A DNA stretch of 64,000 bases from Hyphomonadaceae bacterium. GTDB lineage: Bacteria > Pseudomonadota > Alphaproteobacteria > Caulobacterales > Aquidulcibacteraceae. A program made the translations under genes and the position numbers. Within the stretch, counting starts at the first letter, position 1. Each line of letters opens with the position of its first letter. Below are positions 17,830-27,124 of the stretch, in pieces. The notes under the pieces are model-generated. The model was not told the DNA's origin and made no database searches. It saw only the letters and a list, made by a program, of their open reading frames with translations. The stretch is taken from contig JBEIHY010000006.1 in NCBI GenBank assembly GCA_040381035.1, forward strand, positions 5,373 through 69,372. Reading direction: 5' to 3'.

Positions 17830-18380
17830 TGCGCCGCGGGTGGTTGGGCATGGCCCCAGCGGTGGCCCTGGCGGCGTGTGGTCCGGCCGGCGGCAACGCG
17901 AGCACCGGGGCGCTTGATGCGCCATCGCCGACCAAGATCGTCGACACGGTCTGCCCAACACTCGACCAACTCGATGTAGAAGCCGTCCTTGGCGCCGGCA
18001 TTGCCTCGGCCACCGAGGACGCCGCCAATGGCGTTGGGCATCCTGGCTGCACCTGGATGGGCGTCGATCAACCGCAAGGACCGCGCGTTCTGGTGGCGAC
18101 GATTTGGCGCAAATCGCGGATGGAGCCGGCCTTGGCGGCTGAGCTCGGCGCGACATTCTACGAGGATCAAAAGGCTGCCCTGATGAATGCCTACGCCAAG
18201 GTTGGCGCCCTTGAAGGCGTGGGCGAAGAAAGTCTGATGGGGCTGACGCCCTTGGAAGATGGTCAGATCGAAGGGCTCATCATCGCGCGCAAAGGCGAAG
18301 ATGTTTTGTCGCTCAGTATGCGCGGGTTCGACGCAAGCGCGTTTGAGGCCGCCGCCGTCAAGCTTGCTGCGGCGATGTGA
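17826..18380 (+). CDS. lipoprotein of unknown function
   Basis: The ATG at 17826 overlaps the ilvE stop. Lipobox MMRRGWLGMAPAVALAACG. No recognisable catalytic motif. Confidence 0.55.
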   Translation: MMRRGWLGMAPAVALAACGPAGGNASTGALDAPSPTKIVDTVCPTLDQLDVEAVLGAGIASATEDAANGVGHPGCTWMGVDQPQGPRVLVATIWRKSRMEPALAAELGATFYEDQKAALMNAYAKVGALEGVGEESLMGLTPLEDGQIEGLIIARKGEDVLSLSMRGFDASAFEAAAVKLAAAM

Positions 18381-18857
18381 TCACCAGTGCGCCGCTTGGG
18401 GCGCGCCATCATAAGCCTCTGCGAGGCGCCGGCGCGTGCCGGCGGTGACGGCGTCCGGCAAGGCGGCGCGATCAAAAAAGCCGCGCTCAGCGATTTCCAT
18501 CGCGCTGTCGGGCGGGCAGGCGACGACTGCCGGCGCGCGATAAAGCGCAACATGATCGCCGCGATGACTGTGGTGATTGCTGTAAAGGCCGATCAGCTCC
18601 ATTGGCGCGGTTGCTTGCAAGCCGGCCTCTTCAGCCAATTCACGAACTGCTGCGGATTCTGCGGTTTCGCCCGGCTCAACCCCACCGCCAGGCAGATACC
18701 ACCCTGGGCGATAGGTGTGACGCACCAGCATAATTCGGCCGGCCTCATCGGCGGCCAAAACGCGGACGCCGAGCGTCAAGCCGCGGCTCAGCCGCCAACA
18801 GAGCCGATAAGCCGGCATGATGATCGGGTTCAGCTGGCTTTGGATCGCGGTCAACAT
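18381..18857 (-). CDS. NUDIX hydrolase
   Basis: 158 aa with a canonical Nudix box, [24 protein letters not shown]. Confidence 0.88.
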   Translation of the reverse strand: MLTAIQSQLNPIIMPAYRLCWRLSRGLTLGVRVLAADEAGRIMLVRHTYRPGWYLPGGGVEPGETAESAAVRELAEEAGLQATAPMELIGLYSNHHSHRGDHVALYRAPAVVACPPDSAMEIAERGFFDRAALPDAVTAGTRRRLAEAYDGAPQAAHW

Positions 18858-18907
18858 CCAGCACCTGTATGGGGTTCGCGGGGGCTCGCCAAGCGCAGCG
18901 AAGGCGG

Positions 18908-20391
18908 CTATGGGCGTGGTCTGCGTTTCAATTTGAGGATCCGTCCATGGCCGCCCTGACTGTGATTGTCGGCTTTGTCATTGTCATCTTTCTGCTCAAT
19001 CTGATTGAGTTCCGCCGTCTCGATTGATCCAGGCGCGGTGGTTGGCTGGGTGAGCAATGCGATGGCTTCGGCCAGTTTGCGTACATTCAGCGGCTTGTGC
19101 ACAAACGCGTGCATGCCGGCTTCGTCGATGTCTTCGGCATTGCCAGGCGTGGCCGTCTTGCGCACCGCTGTGATGGGCATCTGCGCCCACGGCGTCTTGC
19201 GCAAGCTCACGCTCACGCGCGGGACGGCCTCCGGTCCGTCCACGCCGGGCATCTGCAAATCTATCCGCACGAAATCATAAGTGCGGCTGGCCGCGGCCGG
19301 GATCCCGCGGGCGCTGTCTTCGGCCCGTCAGCGGCCGGCTTGGCCGGCGCGTTCGATCAAGACGCCGCCCATGGCGGTTGATAGGGCTCGCGCCATTTGC
19401 ATCCCCTCCGCCGGATTGTCGCTGGCCATGGAGTGCGCTCATCCGCCATGCGCGCCCGGCGCCCTGACACTCAGCACAAAGTCATCGTCGTTGCTTTGGG
19501 CTTCCAGCACGATCTCATAATCTGGTCGACGCCGCAGGGCCTCTTCCAGCAGTCCCAGTGCAATACGGCGCACCTGGCGCTCATCGCCGATGAAGCGCTG
19601 CGCGCTCAGCATCTCCAGCTCCAGCCGCAGACCAAGGCCTAAAGTCGCGGCATCGGCCGCAATCGTGGCAAGCGCTTCTTCGAGTGCGGCCGCCAGATCA
19701 AGCGGCGCATTCACGAACGGGTTGGAGCACGGCTCCAGCGCCGCACAATCGCGAATGTCATCGATATGATGCAGCTACCGCGGGCACGTCTCCAGCGCTT
19801 TGCAGGCACGCGCCCTTCGCGCACGACCGGCCGCGCCTGGCTGGGCTCCCGCAGCCGCCCCATCGCGCCATGCAGCGGCGTGCGCATATCGTGCGCGGCG
19901 CCGGCCAAAAACCGCGTCTTGGCGCGGGCGGCGCTTTCGGCAAGGATCTGGGCGTCGCGCTGGGCGGGCTGTGCTCGCTGTGTGCGCTCTTCGCGCGCCA
20001 TCCACCACCGCTATCGCCGCGCAAGGTTTTCCGTCCCAGACCAGACAACACACATCACGTCGGCGCGCAACGGTTCGACGGTGACGCGCCGCAGGGTGCG
20101 CCGGCCGACGACGCTTTGACCGCCGCGCAACCTCCTCCAGGCGCCCTCCGGGGCTTGGCGGCTGTCATCATTGAGCACAGCGCGGACAGCGCTGGCCCCA
20201 GGCAGCGCCTCAAGTGAGGCATAGCCGAACCGGTTTGCTGCCGCTGGATTCGCGAAGAACGGTCGAAACCGGCGATGCACGATCTTGCCCCGCAGCGACG
20301 TTTCCCTGATGGCGCGACAGCGCTGTTTGCTGTCGCGCAGGGGGTCGGCGAGGGCGGAAGGGCCAATCGCGGCTGTGGTGATCAAAACCAT
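18908..20391 (-). pseudogene. decayed PAS / HisKA / HATPase_c / receiver hybrid histidine kinase
   Basis: The domain pieces lie in order on the minus strand: PAS (20391-20014), H-box AKTRFLAGAAHDMRTPLHG (about 19893), X-region LHHIDDIRD...PLDLAAALEEAL, degenerate ATPase core, G2-like MARALSTAMGGVLIE, and the receiver C-terminal half YDFVRIDLQMPGVDG...HAFVHKPL. In-frame stops lie at 20011-13 (TAG), 19775-77 (TAG), 19439-41 (TGA) and 19328-30 (TGA). There is a frameshift between about 19858 and 19778. The receiver N-terminal half is missing. Confidence 0.75.
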
Positions 20392-20461
20392 GCGTGCAAA
20401 CCCCGGGCAATAAGCTCAGGGTTGCAGAATGGGATTGATGTAGCGTGAAATTGGTGAAATT

Positions 20462-21100
20462 TCAGTGGCGGCTGGCCTGGGCGAGGTAGCGCCCAGCGCT
20501 GACCACCGCGAGCGCCGTGGCCGCCCAAAGGCCAAACCGGGCGACAAAAAACAGCGTGTCGAGCGCACCGAGCGCGATCTGGGAGGCCGCCAGCGCCTGC
20601 GCCAGCAGCACAACGCCGATGGCAGTCATCAGCACAATGGTCTTCCACTTGCCCCAGGCGTCGACCTGCGCGGCGCGCGCGCCCTGCGCTACAAGACCCT
20701 CTCGCAGGCCAGCCATCAGCATGTCGCGGGCGATCAGAATGAGTGCTGCGGCGATCAGATCGGTCGGCAATTGGGTGATTGCGAGCGCGGCAAGTGTTGC
20801 GGTCGTTAACACCTTGTCGGCGGCGTGGTCGAGGGCGGCGCCAAATAGGCTCGTCGCGTTGAGTTTGCGCGCCAGCCAGCCATCGGCGGCGTCAGACAAA
20901 GCGGCGGCGCCAAACAGCACGAACGCAGCAACATAGATCCAGGCGCCAACCGTCTTGCCATAGACGAAGTAGGCGTGATCGCCCCACAGCAGAAGGCCCG
21001 CAATCGCGAGGCCCGCCGCAGCGCGGCTGGCGCTGAGGATGCTTGGCCACGGGCTGATGCGTGCCGGCCTGGCTTCAGGGGCCGGGGTGGAAATGCTCAT
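20462..21100 (-). CDS. pgsA: CDP-diacylglycerol--glycerol-3-phosphate 3-phosphatidyltransferase
   Basis: From the ATG at 21100, which has a GGAGG just upstream. It has the CDP-alcohol phosphatidyltransferase motif [24 protein letters not shown] and a multi-TM profile. The uvrC-pgsA synteny supports the call. The 310-aa ORF in the track is an over-extension. Confidence 0.88.
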   Translation of the reverse strand: MSISTPAPEARPARISPWPSILSASRAAAGLAIAGLLLWGDHAYFVYGKTVGAWIYVAAFVLFGAAALSDAADGWLARKLNATSLFGAALDHAADKVLTTATLAALAITQLPTDLIAAALILIARDMLMAGLREGLVAQGARAAQVDAWGKWKTIVLMTAIGVVLLAQALAASQIALGALDTLFFVARFGLWAATALAVVSAGRYLAQASRH

Positions 21101-23063
21101 AAATCCTCCGCGCCAGCGCGCTTGAAACGCCATCGACCTGTTCAAGATCAGCGAGCGCAGCCCGCGCCACCCCGCGCGCGGACCCAAACCGCGCCAGCAG
21201 CGCTTTCTTGCGGGAAGGGCCGACGCCGTCAATCTCGTCGAGCGGATTGCGCGCGGCTTCGGCGGCGCGCTTGGCGCGGTGGATGCCGATCGCGAAGCGG
21301 TGCGCTTCGTCGCGCAAGCGCTGCAAATAATAGAGCACCGGGCTCTTTTCATCGAGCCTGAAGGCCGGCTTGCCATGGATGAAAAAGCGCTCACGCCCGG
21401 CGTCGCGGTCCACGCCCTTGGCGATCGCCACGATCATGACCTTGTCAAACACAGCCATGTCTTTCAGCGCCTCCCGTACGGCCGACAACTGGCCCTCGCC
21501 GCCGTCGATCAGCACGAGGTCTGGCCATTGCGCAAACTTTTCATCGCTGGCGTCAGTGTCCTTGGAGAAATCGACGCCGCCATCGCTGCGCGCCGCCGGC
21601 GGATTGTCCATATCCGGACTATCGCCGGCTTTGACCAGGCGGGCAAAGCGGCGCTTCAACATCAGGGCCATCATGGCGAAATCATCGCCCGCCTCTTCGC
21701 CCGTCATGTTAAACTTGCGGTATTGGTTTTTCTGAAAACCGTTGGGGCCGGCGACGATCATGGCGCCGACAGCGTTTGTGCCTTGCACATGGGAATTGTC
21801 ATAGACCTCGATGCGCTCTGGCGGCGCCTTCAGGCTGAAGACATCCGCCACGCCTTCCAGGAGTTTCGCGATTGAACCGGTCTCGGCAAGCCGGCGCGAC
21901 AAGGCCTCGCGGGCATTGAGCGCGGCTTGATCGACAATCTCGCGCTTTTCGCCGCGTTCGGGCCGGCGCACCTCGACCTTGCAGTCGGCCTTGATGCCTA
22001 GGGCTTCGGCCACAAGCTCCGGTTCCGGAATGTCGACATTCAGCAGGACCAAGGGCGGCGGCTCCTTGTCGTCATAGAATTGGCTCAGCAGGGAGGCGAG
22101 CACGTCGCCGGCATCTGCGTCGCGCTCATGCTTGGGGAAGTAGGCGCGATTGCCCCAGTTCTGACCAGCCCGGAAGAAAAACACCTGCACACAGCTTTGT
22201 CCGCCATCCATATGCACGGCGAACACATCGGCGTCTTCGATCGTTTGGGCATTGATGCCTTGGGTGGCGCGCACCGCGGCAAGCGCGCGGATTCGGTTGC
22301 GCAAGGTAGCGGCGCGTTCGAACTCCAGCGTCTCGGCGGCTTCGTGCATGTCTGTTGACAGCCGCTCCTGCAATTGCGCGCTCTTGCCGCGCAGAAAGGC
22401 GGCGGCGTCGGCGACCAGGCTGTCATAATCGCTCTGGGAAATCAGATCCACGCATGGCCCGGCGCAGCGTTTGATCTGATACAGCATGCACGGTCGCGTG
22501 CGGGCGCTGTAGGTGCTGTCGGAGCAGCTGCGCAGAAGAAAGGCCTTTTGCAGCGTGTTGAGCGTGCGATTGACCGCAGAAGCTGACGCAAACGGCCCGA
22601 AAAACTCGCCCTTGAAACTCTTGGCGCCGCGGTGCTTTTGCAGGGCGGCGCTGCGATGATCGGTGCGGATGGCGATATAGGGAAAGCTCTTGTCGTCGCG
22701 CAGCAGCACGTTGAAACGCGGCCGCAGCCGCTTGATCATATTGGCTTCCAAGAGCAGCGCTTCGGTTTCGGTGGCGGTGACGATGAAATCCATCGCCTCG
22801 GTCAAATGCACCATGCGGGTGATATGATTGCCGTGGCCGCGCCCGGCGGCGTACTGGCTCACCCGGTTCTTGATATTCTTGGCCTTGCCGACATAGAGCA
22901 CTTCGCCGTCGGCGCCGATCATGCGGTAGACGCCGGGTTTCGTTGGCAGCCGGTTGAGATAGTCGCCGATCACATCGATGCCGCGGGTTTTCGTGCGCCC
23001 CGGCGCATCCTCTTCCGGCAGGGCAGAGAGATCGGGCGTGTCGGGGCGGTCGGCGTTGCTCAT
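21075..23063 (-). CDS. uvrC: excinuclease ABC subunit C
   Basis: GIY-YIG domain ([29 protein letters not shown]), UVR domain ([14 protein letters not shown]), RNase H-like endonuclease domain, and C-terminal (HhH)2 ([21 protein letters not shown]). The start is taken at MSNADRP (23063); the ORF extends to 23111. Confidence 0.95.
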   Translation of the reverse strand: MSNADRPDTPDLSALPEEDAPGRTKTRGIDVIGDYLNRLPTKPGVYRMIGADGEVLYVGKAKNIKNRVSQYAAGRGHGNHITRMVHLTEAMDFIVTATETEALLLEANMIKRLRPRFNVLLRDDKSFPYIAIRTDHRSAALQKHRGAKSFKGEFFGPFASASAVNRTLNTLQKAFLLRSCSDSTYSARTRPCMLYQIKRCAGPCVDLISQSDYDSLVADAAAFLRGKSAQLQERLSTDMHEAAETLEFERAATLRNRIRALAAVRATQGINAQTIEDADVFAVHMDGGQSCVQVFFFRAGQNWGNRAYFPKHERDADAGDVLASLLSQFYDDKEPPPLVLLNVDIPEPELVAEALGIKADCKVEVRRPERGEKREIVDQAALNAREALSRRLAETGSIAKLLEGVADVFSLKAPPERIEVYDNSHVQGTNAVGAMIVAGPNGFQKNQYRKFNMTGEEAGDDFAMMALMLKRRFARLVKAGDSPDMDNPPAARSDGGVDFSKDTDASDEKFAQWPDLVLIDGGEGQLSAVREALKDMAVFDKVMIVAIAKGVDRDAGRERFFIHGKPAFRLDEKSPVLYYLQRLRDEAHRFAIGIHRAKRAAEAARNPLDEIDGVGPSRKKALLARFGSARGVARAALADLEQVDGVSSALARRIYEHFHPGP

Positions 23064-23073
23064 CGGGCGTTCG

Positions 23074-23775
23074 TCATTGGCCGCCGGCGGCCGCGCGCAT
23101 GGCTTGCGCATCCAGATCGCGCGCCATGGCTTCCAATTCCGGCCCGAGTGCGGTGAGGGCCGCAGCGCGGGCGCTGTCTGGTGCGGCGCGCTTGTCTTCG
23201 GGCGTGCTTTGGCTGGTGGCGCTGGCGCTGGCGATCAGCCCACCGCTGGCGACGTCAAGCACACTCGCCTCCACCCGCGCGGACGCGCTGGCGCGGCCGC
23301 GATCAAGTATCCCGCCAGTGCGCGTTTCCGACAGATCGACACGGTAGATCAGGATGTAATCGAGCCGCTGCATCGCGCCAGCGCGGCGGATCGCTTCGGC
23401 GGGCGCAACGCCAGGCAGATCGGGCGATTGCGCCAGCTCAACCTGCATTGGGGTCAGCCGCGTGAGAGCGCCAAATCGGCCTTGGAGGCGCGCCGCGATT
23501 GGCGCCCAAGCGGCTTCGTCAAGCGCATCGGGCAAGCCTGCGCCGTCCGGCGTGAGCAAAACCAAACCAAAGCGGCCGCCGCGCCGATATGGGGCCGCGG
23601 TTTTCATGAGCCGGGCGATATCGGCGTCGCGCGCGCCGGCGCGGGCGTTCAGCTCTTCGGCCGTGAGGGGCGCTGCCGGAAGAGATGGCGCTGAGTTCGG
23701 AGCCGGCGCCGGTTGCTGCGGCGGGCTGCAGGCGCCAACCGCCAGCGCCGAAACAAAGATCAATCCACGAACCAT
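23074..23775 (-). CDS. lipoprotein of unknown function
   Basis: 233 aa with the lipobox [12 protein letters not shown]. The coding-like ORF is divergent from ruvC. No family was recognised. Confidence 0.55.
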   Translation of the reverse strand: MVRGLIFVSALAVGACSPPQQPAPAPNSAPSLPAAPLTAEELNARAGARDADIARLMKTAAPYRRGGRFGLVLLTPDGAGLPDALDEAAWAPIAARLQGRFGALTRLTPMQVELAQSPDLPGVAPAEAIRRAGAMQRLDYILIYRVDLSETRTGGILDRGRASASARVEASVLDVASGGLIASASATSQSTPEDKRAAPDSARAAALTALGPELEAMARDLDAQAMRAAAGGQ

Positions 23776-23823
23776 TCGCCATTGTCGCGCGCGTCGCGGC
23801 AGTGGGGAAGGGCCGGGTGCGGC

Positions 23824-23838
23824 GTTCCTTTAATGTTC
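23824..23838 (+). promoter_or_regulatory. candidate alphaproteobacterial LexA (SOS) box GTTC-N7-GTTC upstream of ruvC
   Basis: GTTC at 23824-23827, 7-nt spacer ctttaat, GTTC at 23835-23838, and a third GTTC at 23840-23843. The site ends about 31 nt upstream of the ruvC ATG (23869). It matches the published GTTCN7GTTC / GAACN7GAAC consensus by sequence only. Confidence 0.4.
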
Positions 23839-23868
23839 TGTTCACATCGAATCTGCTAGCGCTTCGGC

Positions 23869-24372
23869 ATGACTTCATCCTTGCGCCTCCTCGGCGTCGA
23901 TCCCGGCCTTAATCATTGTGGCTGGGGGATCATCCTCGCTGACGGGCCACGGCTCTCCTATGTCGCCCACGGGGTGATCACGCCCAATATAAAAGCGCCG
24001 CTCGCCTTGCGCTTGGCAACGATCCATGCCGAATTGATCGCGGTCGCGCAAGCGCACGCGCCAGACACCGCTGCGATCGAAGAGACTTATGTCAACAACA
24101 ATCCCCGCGCGGCTCTGGCGCTTGGCCAGGCGCGCGGCGCAGCGATGGTGGCTTTGGCGCAGGCGGGCCTGAGCATCGGTGAATATCCGCCCGCGACGAT
24201 CAAGAAATCGCTGGTCGGCTCCGGTCAGGCGGACAAAACCCAAATCGCGTTCATGGTGCAGCGGCTGTTGCCGACCGCTGGCAAGGTCAATGCCGATGCG
24301 GCAGACGCGCTGGCCGTGGCGCTGTGTGACGCGGCGCATGGCGGCTATAAGCGGCGGATGAGCGCGTCATGA
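23869..24372 (+). CDS. ruvC: crossover junction endodeoxyribonuclease RuvC
   Basis: 167 aa with LLGVDPGLNHCGWGII, AIEETYVNNNPRAALALGQARG and ADAADALAVALC, which carry the RuvC catalytic acidic residues. Confidence 0.95.
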   Translation: MTSSLRLLGVDPGLNHCGWGIILADGPRLSYVAHGVITPNIKAPLALRLATIHAELIAVAQAHAPDTAAIEETYVNNNPRAALALGQARGAAMVALAQAGLSIGEYPPATIKKSLVGSGQADKTQIAFMVQRLLPTAGKVNADAADALAVALCDAAHGGYKRRMSAS

Positions 24373-24998
24373 TCGGATTGCTTCGTGGAACTGTCACGGC
24401 CCTGGGCGAAGACGCCGTGCTGATCGATGTCGGCGGGGTTGGCTATGTCGCGCAGGCGGGCGGGCGCACGCTCGGCCGGTTGAGCGTCGGGTCGGGCGTT
24501 CAGCTGCATATCGAAACGCATGTGCGCGAAGACGCGATCCGGCTTTATGGCTTTTTGAGCGAGGATGAGCGCGCCTGGTTTGCGCATCTTCAATCGGCGC
24601 CGGGCGTTGGCGCGCGGGTGGCGCTGAACATTCTTGACACCCTCGGCCCCAACGAATTGGCGGACGCCTTGGCAGTGCAAGACAAGGCAAGTTTCGCGCG
24701 CGCTAATGGCGTTGGTCCCAAGCTCGCCGCACGGATTGTCACTGAGCTTGCCGGCAAGTCTGCGCCGCGCGGTTTCTTTGCCGCCAGCCACGCCGATGGC
24801 CCGAACGGGCAAAGGCGTGCGCCCGACCCGGCGCAAACCCAGGCAGGCCCGCGCAGCGAGGCGGTGTCGGCGCTGATCAATCTTGGTATTGACCAACAGA
24901 CTGCCGCCCGCGCGGTGGCCGCGGCCGCCAAAGCCATGGACGGCGAGATCGCTGTGCCGGCGCTCATTCGCGCTGCCCTCAAGGAGGTGAATGCATGA
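24369..24998 (+). CDS. ruvA: Holliday junction branch migration complex subunit RuvA
   Basis: MIGLLRGTV...VLIDVGGVGY OB fold, HhH motifs (LQSAPGVGARVALNIL, ANGVGPKLAARIV), and C-terminal domain III. It overlaps the ruvC stop. Confidence 0.95.
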   Translation: MIGLLRGTVTALGEDAVLIDVGGVGYVAQAGGRTLGRLSVGSGVQLHIETHVREDAIRLYGFLSEDERAWFAHLQSAPGVGARVALNILDTLGPNELADALAVQDKASFARANGVGPKLAARIVTELAGKSAPRGFFAASHADGPNGQRRAPDPAQTQAGPRSEAVSALINLGIDQQTAARAVAAAAKAMDGEIAVPALIRAALKEVNA

Positions 24999-25480
24999 GC
25001 CGCTTATTGAAAGCCGCTTTGAGTATGAGCCTCGGCGCTTCGCTCGCCGCGTGCGCCACCGCTCCTGCGCCCATCGCCGCGCCGGCGGCCGCGCCGGCCA
25101 AACTCGGGCCGCCGCCGCCGCCGCAATTTCGGTTGATCCTGCCGGTGCGCGCCGGAGGCGACGTGGTGAGTGAATCGCGTATCGAGGTGCTGATGGTGCA
25201 TAGCGCAGCAGCAACGGCGAAGTTGCAGGCGCTGACCCCGCCGCAATGGTTCGCCGCGCGCGACGCGCTGCTCAAGGAGCTGTCGGTGTCCGTTACGCCG
25301 AAGGCGCTGCGCATCGGACCGGGTCAGGGCGGCAATTACATCTTCATGGCCTATGAACCGACCCAGGAAGTCATCGTCTTTGCTGACGGCGCGCAAAGTG
25401 CTGTGGTGCGTCAAACTGAGACGGTGAATTATCGACTGGCCCTGACGATTTCAGCCCAAATGCTGGCGCAAGCGCCATGA
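24995..25480 (+). CDS. lipoprotein of unknown function, inserted between ruvA and ruvB
   Basis: 161 aa with a lipobox (LGASLAAC). A perfect AAGGAGG (24981-24987) lies 7 nt upstream of the ATG. There are ATGA overlaps with the ruvA stop (24995-24998) and the ruvB start (25477-25480). Confidence 0.6.
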   Translation: MSRLLKAALSMSLGASLAACATAPAPIAAPAAAPAKLGPPPPPQFRLILPVRAGGDVVSESRIEVLMVHSAAATAKLQALTPPQWFAARDALLKELSVSVTPKALRIGPGQGGNYIFMAYEPTQEVIVFADGAQSAVVRQTETVNYRLALTISAQMLAQAP

Positions 25481-26517
25481 ACGGTTCGCGTATCGTTTCG
25501 GGCGAGCGCCAGACCGGCGAGCCGATTGACCGCGCTTTGCGTCCGGTCGGGTTTGACGAGTTTGTCGGCCAGCGCGCCGCGAAGGCGAATTTGAAAATTT
25601 TCGTCGACGCCGCGCGCGGTCGCGCGGAGGCGATGGACCACGTGCTGTTGTTTGGTCCGCCGGGCTTGGGCAAAACCACGATGGCGCAGATTCTCTCGCG
25701 TGAACTTGGCGTCGGCTTCCGCGCCACCTCCGGCCCGGTGATCGCACGCGCCGGCGATCTTGCGGCACTGCTGACCAATCTGGAGCCGCGCGACGTTCTG
25801 TTCATCGACGAAATCCACCGCCTTGCCCCGGCAGTGGAGGAAATTCTCTATCCTGCGATGGAGGATTATCACATGGACATCATTATCGGTGAAGGCCCAA
25901 GCGCGCGCAGCGTGCGCATCGATATCGCACCGTTTACCCTCGTCGGCGCCACGACCCGTGCGGGCCTGCTTGGCACGCCGTTGCGCGATCGATTTGGCAT
26001 CCCGATCCGCCTTGAATTTTACGATGCCGAGGAATTGGGCGGGATCGTGCGCCGGGCTGGCGAAAAACTTGGCGTACGGATGACCGAAGAAGGCGCGCGC
26101 GAAATTGCGCGACGCGCACGCGGCACGCCACGCATCGCGATGCGGCTTTTGCGCCGCGTGCGCGACTTTGCCGACGCCGAAGGGGCAGCCATTGATCTTC
26201 GACTGGCGGATGCGGCGTTGAAACGGCTGGAGGTCGATGGCGATGGGCTCGATCTGCTTGACCGGCGCTATCTCACCGCCTTGGTGGAGACCTATTCCGG
26301 CGGGCCGGTTGGGGTAGAGACTTTGGCGGCGGCGCTAGCGGAAGCGCGCGACGCAGTGGAAGACGTGATCGAACCGTATTTGTTGCAACAGGGCTTCATC
26401 ATGCGCACGCCGCGGGGCAGAATGGCGGCGGCGCGGGCGTATGAGCGGCTTGGCAAGAAGCCACCGCAGCGTCCGCCGGAACAGTCTGAGCTGTTCACGC
26501 CTGACGAAGACGCCTGA
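25477..26517 (+). CDS. ruvB: Holliday junction branch migration DNA helicase RuvB
   Basis: AAA+ domain with Walker [10 protein letters not shown], Walker [11 protein letters not shown], sensor LVGATTRAG, and [17 protein letters not shown]. Confidence 0.97.
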   Translation: MNGSRIVSGERQTGEPIDRALRPVGFDEFVGQRAAKANLKIFVDAARGRAEAMDHVLLFGPPGLGKTTMAQILSRELGVGFRATSGPVIARAGDLAALLTNLEPRDVLFIDEIHRLAPAVEEILYPAMEDYHMDIIIGEGPSARSVRIDIAPFTLVGATTRAGLLGTPLRDRFGIPIRLEFYDAEELGGIVRRAGEKLGVRMTEEGAREIARRARGTPRIAMRLLRRVRDFADAEGAAIDLRLADAALKRLEVDGDGLDLLDRRYLTALVETYSGGPVGVETLAAALAEARDAVEDVIEPYLLQQGFIMRTPRGRMAAARAYERLGKKPPQRPPEQSELFTPDEDA

Positions 26518-26545
26518 AAGGGACGATGCCTGAAGAGGACGCCAT

Positions 26546-26938
26546 ATGACAATTGCCGCCCTGGTCCTTGCCGCTGCGATTGCCACCTTGCCGGACCCGG
26601 CCCAGGAACAGCGCGCCCAGGCGCTGGAGCAGGAAATTCGCTGCGTTGTTTGCGAAAACGAACCGATTTCGCAATCAACGGCGGACATGGCCATGGACAT
26701 GCGCCGCACCGTTCGCGAGCGGATCGCCGCCGGCGAGAGTGATGAGCAAGTCCGACGCTACTTTTCCGAGCGTTACGGGGATTTCATTCTGCTGCGCCCA
26801 CCGTTTGACCCCATGACATGGTTGTTGTGGGGCGGACCGCTCTTGCTTTTGGCGATCGGTGGGGCCGCGGCTTGGCGCCTGCGCCGACCGGCTGGGGCGC
26901 CACAGCTGGAGCCGGAATGGCGTGACGATGACCGTTAA
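26546..26938 (+). CDS. ccmH: cytochrome c-type biogenesis protein CcmH/CycL
   Basis: 130 aa with a signal/anchor, the CxxC motif in the characteristic context (LEQEIRCVVCENEPISQS), RYGDFILLRPP, and a C-terminal TM segment. Confidence 0.85.
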   Translation: MTIAALVLAAAIATLPDPAQEQRAQALEQEIRCVVCENEPISQSTADMAMDMRRTVRERIAAGESDEQVRRYFSERYGDFILLRPPFDPMTWLLWGGPLLLLAIGGAAAWRLRRPAGAPQLEPEWRDDDR

Positions 26939-27124
26939 CCGCGCCTGCGCTGGCGAATGCGCAGGATTGCGCTGGTTTTGCCGCAGTTATGCCCCCATCT
27001 TGGGATTTGAACGGTGCGGGGCAGGCCGATTGCCGTTTTGCCGCTGCGGCCCTCTACCCTCTGTCGGGGGCTGGCCCGGCCGATGACGATGTTTAGGGGC
27101 GATCTGCCCGATGTGAGAGGACCA

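Noticed and set aside
24991-25173. Alternative 60-aa ORF starting 4 nt before the inter-ruvAB lipoprotein ATG
   Set aside because: The highly basic Arg-rich product has no features. The neighbouring frame has better SD spacing, a lipobox, and runs exactly to the ruvB start.
26944-26965. cctgcgc / gcgcagg hairpin after ccmH as a terminator
   Set aside because: The stem is only 7 bp with an 8-nt loop, and the T-run is displaced. This is too weak to call.
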